A program made the translations under genes and the position numbers. A model generated the notes under the pieces. It had not been told where the DNA came from, made no database searches, and was given only the letters and a program-made list of their open reading frames with translations. From assembly GCA_019358915.1 (NCBI GenBank), contig JAHHIM010000031.1, positions 1 through 52,877 of the forward strand: a stretch of 52,877 nt of DNA. The letters run 5' to 3'. Below, piece by piece: positions 49,862-52,877 of this stretch (positions are counted from its first letter, which is position 1; every line of letters begins with the position of its first letter). Source of the stretch: Trichormus sp. ATA11-4-KO1 (GTDB lineage Bacteria > Cyanobacteriota > Cyanobacteriia > Cyanobacteriales > Nostocaceae).

Positions 49862-51586
49862 CTAACTAAACTGTTGAGCATAAAAACTGGCATAGCGTCG
49901 CTCCAGTGCTAATAATTCTTCATGGGTTCCCGACTCTACCAGTTGTCCTCGTTCCAGAACTAAAATCCGATCACATCGGCGCACAGTACTTAAACGGTGA
50001 GCAATAATAAATACAGTACGGTTCTGCATCAATCTTTCCAGTGCTTCCTGTACTAGTGCTTCTGACTCGGAATCTAATGCAGATGTCGCCTCATCCAAAA
50101 TCAGGATTTGCGGGTTGAGAAATACAGCACGAGCGATCGCAATTCTTTGGCGTTGTCCACCAGATAAATTCACCCCACGTTCACCTACCCAAGTGTAGTA
50201 ACCTTCTGGTAGCTGGGTAATAAACTGATGGGCGTTGGCAATTTTAGCTGCTTCAGCAATTGCTTCCATATCAAAAAAGTCTTGACCAAAAGCAATATTT
50301 TGCGCAATCGTCCCAGAAAACATGACGGTTTCTTGGGGAACAATGCCAATTTGTCGCCGTAAACTATGCAGCTTCACATCGCGAATATCAATACCGTCAA
50401 TCAAGATTTGACCAGCTTTCGGGTCATAAAAGCGGGGAAGGAGATTAACAAAGGTAGTTTTACCAGCACCGGAAGCACCCACAAGGGCGATCGCTTCTCC
50501 TGGTAATGCCACTAAATTGATATCTTTTAATACAGGTTCGCCGGGTTTGTAGGCAAAAGAAATATGACGATATTCTACTTTGCCATTAACTGGAGGTAAG
50601 GCGATCGCATGGGGTTTTTCTAATACCGTTGGTTGAATTGCCATTAATTCAAACACGCGGTCAACGGATGCCTCACCTTGTTTAAATTCGTTGTAATTAT
50701 TAGTAGTATGACCGATGGGGTCAATTAACAATGCCGCCGCCGCCAGGTAGCTGAAAAACTCACCTACTGTTAAATTGCGTTGCGAAATTTGCCAAGCCCC
50801 CACCATCAATAAAGATAAGGCGCTTAAGGCTTCTAAAAAGCCCACTATGGGTATTTGAATTGCTTTGAGGCGTTCGGCGGAGTATTTTGCTTGAAAGCTG
50901 CTTTCTGCTTGATTTCCAAACCGAGCAATTTCATAGTTTTCGGCGGCAAAAGCTTGTACTAGACGGATACCGCTAAATACTTCTGTGAGGATTGCTGATA
51001 AACCCGAAACTCGATTTTGACTTTTGAGGGAATATTTACGTAACCTTTCACCAAACCAACCAATTAAAACACCCATCAGTGGTGCAACAATCACTATCGC
51101 TAGTGTCAGTTGCCAGTTGAGGTAAATCATGTAGATGGGTATGGCCAGCAATTGCAAAATACAGGGAATAAAATCGTGAAATAGTTTATTGATCACTTCC
51201 CCAACGCGGTCGATATCTTCCGTGAGGCGGTAAGATAAATCACCTGCTTTTGCGGTTTCAAAATAGCTGAGATCGAGTTTTTGCAGGTGAGAGTAAACCT
51301 GTTTACGCAGGTCAAAAGCCACCCTGAGAGCAGCTTTCGCCATGTAACTATCTTGCACAGACTGAAAAAAGCCACGCACAAGAAATACCAAGGATAAAAT
51401 CCCCACCAATTGAGCGATCGCTACTACATTACCTTCTCCAAAAGGAGTTGCCAATTTCCCCGCAAGATTAATCAGTGTTAATGTCGCCAGTACATAACCG
51501 CAGATACCCACAAAACCCTTGGTAATATTTTGCCACTGGGGTCGGAGATAAGGTAATAATTGCCAATAATTAGAACGGGTTTTCAA
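49862..51586 (-). CDS. ABC exporter, fused permease/ATPase (MsbA-like)
   Basis: TM domain; [31 protein letters not shown]. Confidence 0.92.
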   Translation of the reverse strand: MKTRSNYWQLLPYLRPQWQNITKGFVGICGYVLATLTLINLAGKLATPFGEGNVVAIAQLVGILSLVFLVRGFFQSVQDSYMAKAALRVAFDLRKQVYSHLQKLDLSYFETAKAGDLSYRLTEDIDRVGEVINKLFHDFIPCILQLLAIPIYMIYLNWQLTLAIVIVAPLMGVLIGWFGERLRKYSLKSQNRVSGLSAILTEVFSGIRLVQAFAAENYEIARFGNQAESSFQAKYSAERLKAIQIPIVGFLEALSALSLLMVGAWQISQRNLTVGEFFSYLAAAALLIDPIGHTTNNYNEFKQGEASVDRVFELMAIQPTVLEKPHAIALPPVNGKVEYRHISFAYKPGEPVLKDINLVALPGEAIALVGASGAGKTTFVNLLPRFYDPKAGQILIDGIDIRDVKLHSLRRQIGIVPQETVMFSGTIAQNIAFGQDFFDMEAIAEAAKIANAHQFITQLPEGYYTWVGERGVNLSGGQRQRIAIARAVFLNPQILILDEATSALDSESEALVQEALERLMQNRTVFIIAHRLSTVRRCDRILVLERGQLVESGTHEELLALERRYASFYAQQFS

Positions 51587-51667
51587 GCTATAACTTCCAC
51601 AAAAATATTTTCTATTGTTTGACGCTATCAGCTTTTGCGTAGTTTCAGGACAATTATTTTTTTAGGG

Positions 51668-51791
51668 CTAGTAGTCTGTCAAAGTAATTTTGGTGGATAA
51701 ATCAATTTTTGATTCTTGTCTTTTCCTCTTTCTTAGCGCTCTTTGTGCCCTTTGTGGTTCGTTCCTTTATCCCTCATTGACACGCTACTAG
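51668..51791. mobile_element. MITE with CTAG flanks, containing an SDR-type repeat
   Basis: CTAGTAGTCTGTCAA ... TTGACACGCTACTAG. Confidence 0.6.
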
Positions 51792-51846
51792 AGGCTAAAT
51801 TAAGCCAGTTGGGGGAAAATTGAGCATATTTTGTGGGAATTTTCCC

Positions 51847-52629
51847 TTAACTCGAAGCACTAGTATAAAAGCGCAATGCAAACCGCCAAAACCAGCTAGA
51901 AACCCAAAACAGTACTATTGCTAATACAGCTGCACCTAGCGACCAATTAATTTGACCACGACCCAGCATTGCTTCTGCTGGTACAGTGGTTAAAAATGCC
52001 ACTGGTACAACAAAGGTGAAGAAAAATCGGTAAGCTGTGGGATAAGCTACCATGGGATATCTGCCAGCTTCCAGTAAACCCCGTAACACTTCCGTAACAT
52101 TGTATATTTTGACAAACCAAATGCTAGTGGCTCCCAGCATAAACCACAGGCTGTAAAGAATTATTAAGCCAAATAACAATGGCACTGCACTCAAAAGGTA
52201 ATTATGAATTTCCAAACCCAGGCGTCTACCTGCATAGCCAATGATCATACTGCCGAAAATTAAATCTGGTATTCCCCAAGGTGAAAGGGTATGAGTAGAA
52301 AGCCAAAACTGGCTGCGGATAGGCTTGAGTAAGACAAAATCTAATGTTCCTTCCTGGACATGACGGACAATGCGATTCAGGTTAGGAGCGAGAAAGGTAG
52401 CAGCAAAGCCTTGTAGTAAGGTAAAAACGCCCAGAACCACCAAAGCTGCTTCCCATGACCAGCCAGTAAAGGTGTAGCCTGTACGGTAAAACAAGAATAA
52501 TCCAAACAAACTACCCGCCAGATTGCCCAAACTGCTGAGGGTAGCTATGAAAAAATTGAGGCGATATTCCATCTCTGCGGCGATCGCCGTACTCCAAAAT
52601 AGCCCTAATACTTTCCAATATCTTTTCAT
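51847..52629 (-). CDS. ABC-2 family permease (DUF990-like)
   Basis: EYRLNF, GTLDFVLLKP, RYP, RFYTSASS. Confidence 0.88.
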   Translation of the reverse strand: MKRYWKVLGLFWSTAIAAEMEYRLNFFIATLSSLGNLAGSLFGLFLFYRTGYTFTGWSWEAALVVLGVFTLLQGFAATFLAPNLNRIVRHVQEGTLDFVLLKPIRSQFWLSTHTLSPWGIPDLIFGSMIIGYAGRRLGLEIHNYLLSAVPLLFGLIILYSLWFMLGATSIWFVKIYNVTEVLRGLLEAGRYPMVAYPTAYRFFFTFVVPVAFLTTVPAEAMLGRGQINWSLGAAVLAIVLFWVSSWFWRFALRFYTSASS

Positions 52630-52877
52630 CTTGCACCCTTAACCTAAGGTCTACCGCCGATCATGACATTTTGAGGCATACACATTGAAGAAGGCAGGAG
52701 GCATTCGGCAGAGGGCAGTCCCAATGAAAAAATTTCATCACCATGAATGAGGTAGTAGTGCATAGTAATGATTTAGCTTCTTAAATTAGCATTGTAGTGA
52801 TGAACAAAATACCAAATTGCACCAATATGGTTGTCGAGCATTTTAGAGAATGACAATGTTTTACGAACTAGCCGTCC

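Noticed and set aside
52627..52637. GGTGCAAGATG at the ABC-2 gene start matches the repeat end at 21667-21677
   Set aside because: Only 11 nt with no partner end; could be chance.
1..52877. tRNA or rRNA genes as an island attachment site
   Set aside because: No cloverleaf or rRNA-like sequence recognised by eye; a tRNAscan-SE run would be needed to exclude them.

Overview
Chromosomal segment of a heterocyst-forming cyanobacterium (Nostocales). Evidence: roughly 40 HIP1 octamers (GCGATCGC) counted by eye, STRR/SDR repeats, apcF-glnA-gifA and patS. Left part: a partial Cache/HAMP histidine kinase, a MOSC protein, lepB, dihydroorotase, the 17-codon heterocyst-patterning gene patS (missed by the ORF track) with a DIF1-type promoter, tsaE (hetY), yvcK and ruvC. 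These are followed by a small XRE-regulated accessory cassette, trkA, an Npt/HEAT transporter and infC. About 16.8-30.5 kb is a decaying accessory island. It holds a copper module (CopM/DUF305, four-helix Cu-binding protein, P1B ATPase, DUF2808, CopRS-like pair) whose RND efflux genes are reduced to a fusion scar, an integrase relic, a CBS-PAS hybrid kinase, an orphan heme-oxygenase-like diiron enzyme and many IS relics/MITEs. Right part: fecCDE-type iron ABC genes, an HTH-NACHT protein, rtcA, an FAD oxidoreductase, a URC1-URC4-upp operon behind a canonical NtcA promoter, apcF, glnA, gifA, a methyltransferase, a vapBC module flanked by HIP1-centred direct repeats, and ABC genes. The best candidates for undescribed biology are the NtcA-driven URC operon, the XRE/Cys-rich cassette with a shared operator, the orphan diiron enzyme and the HTH-NACHT with upstream tandem repeats. 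All family assignments come from motif recognition by eye; no database searches were run.
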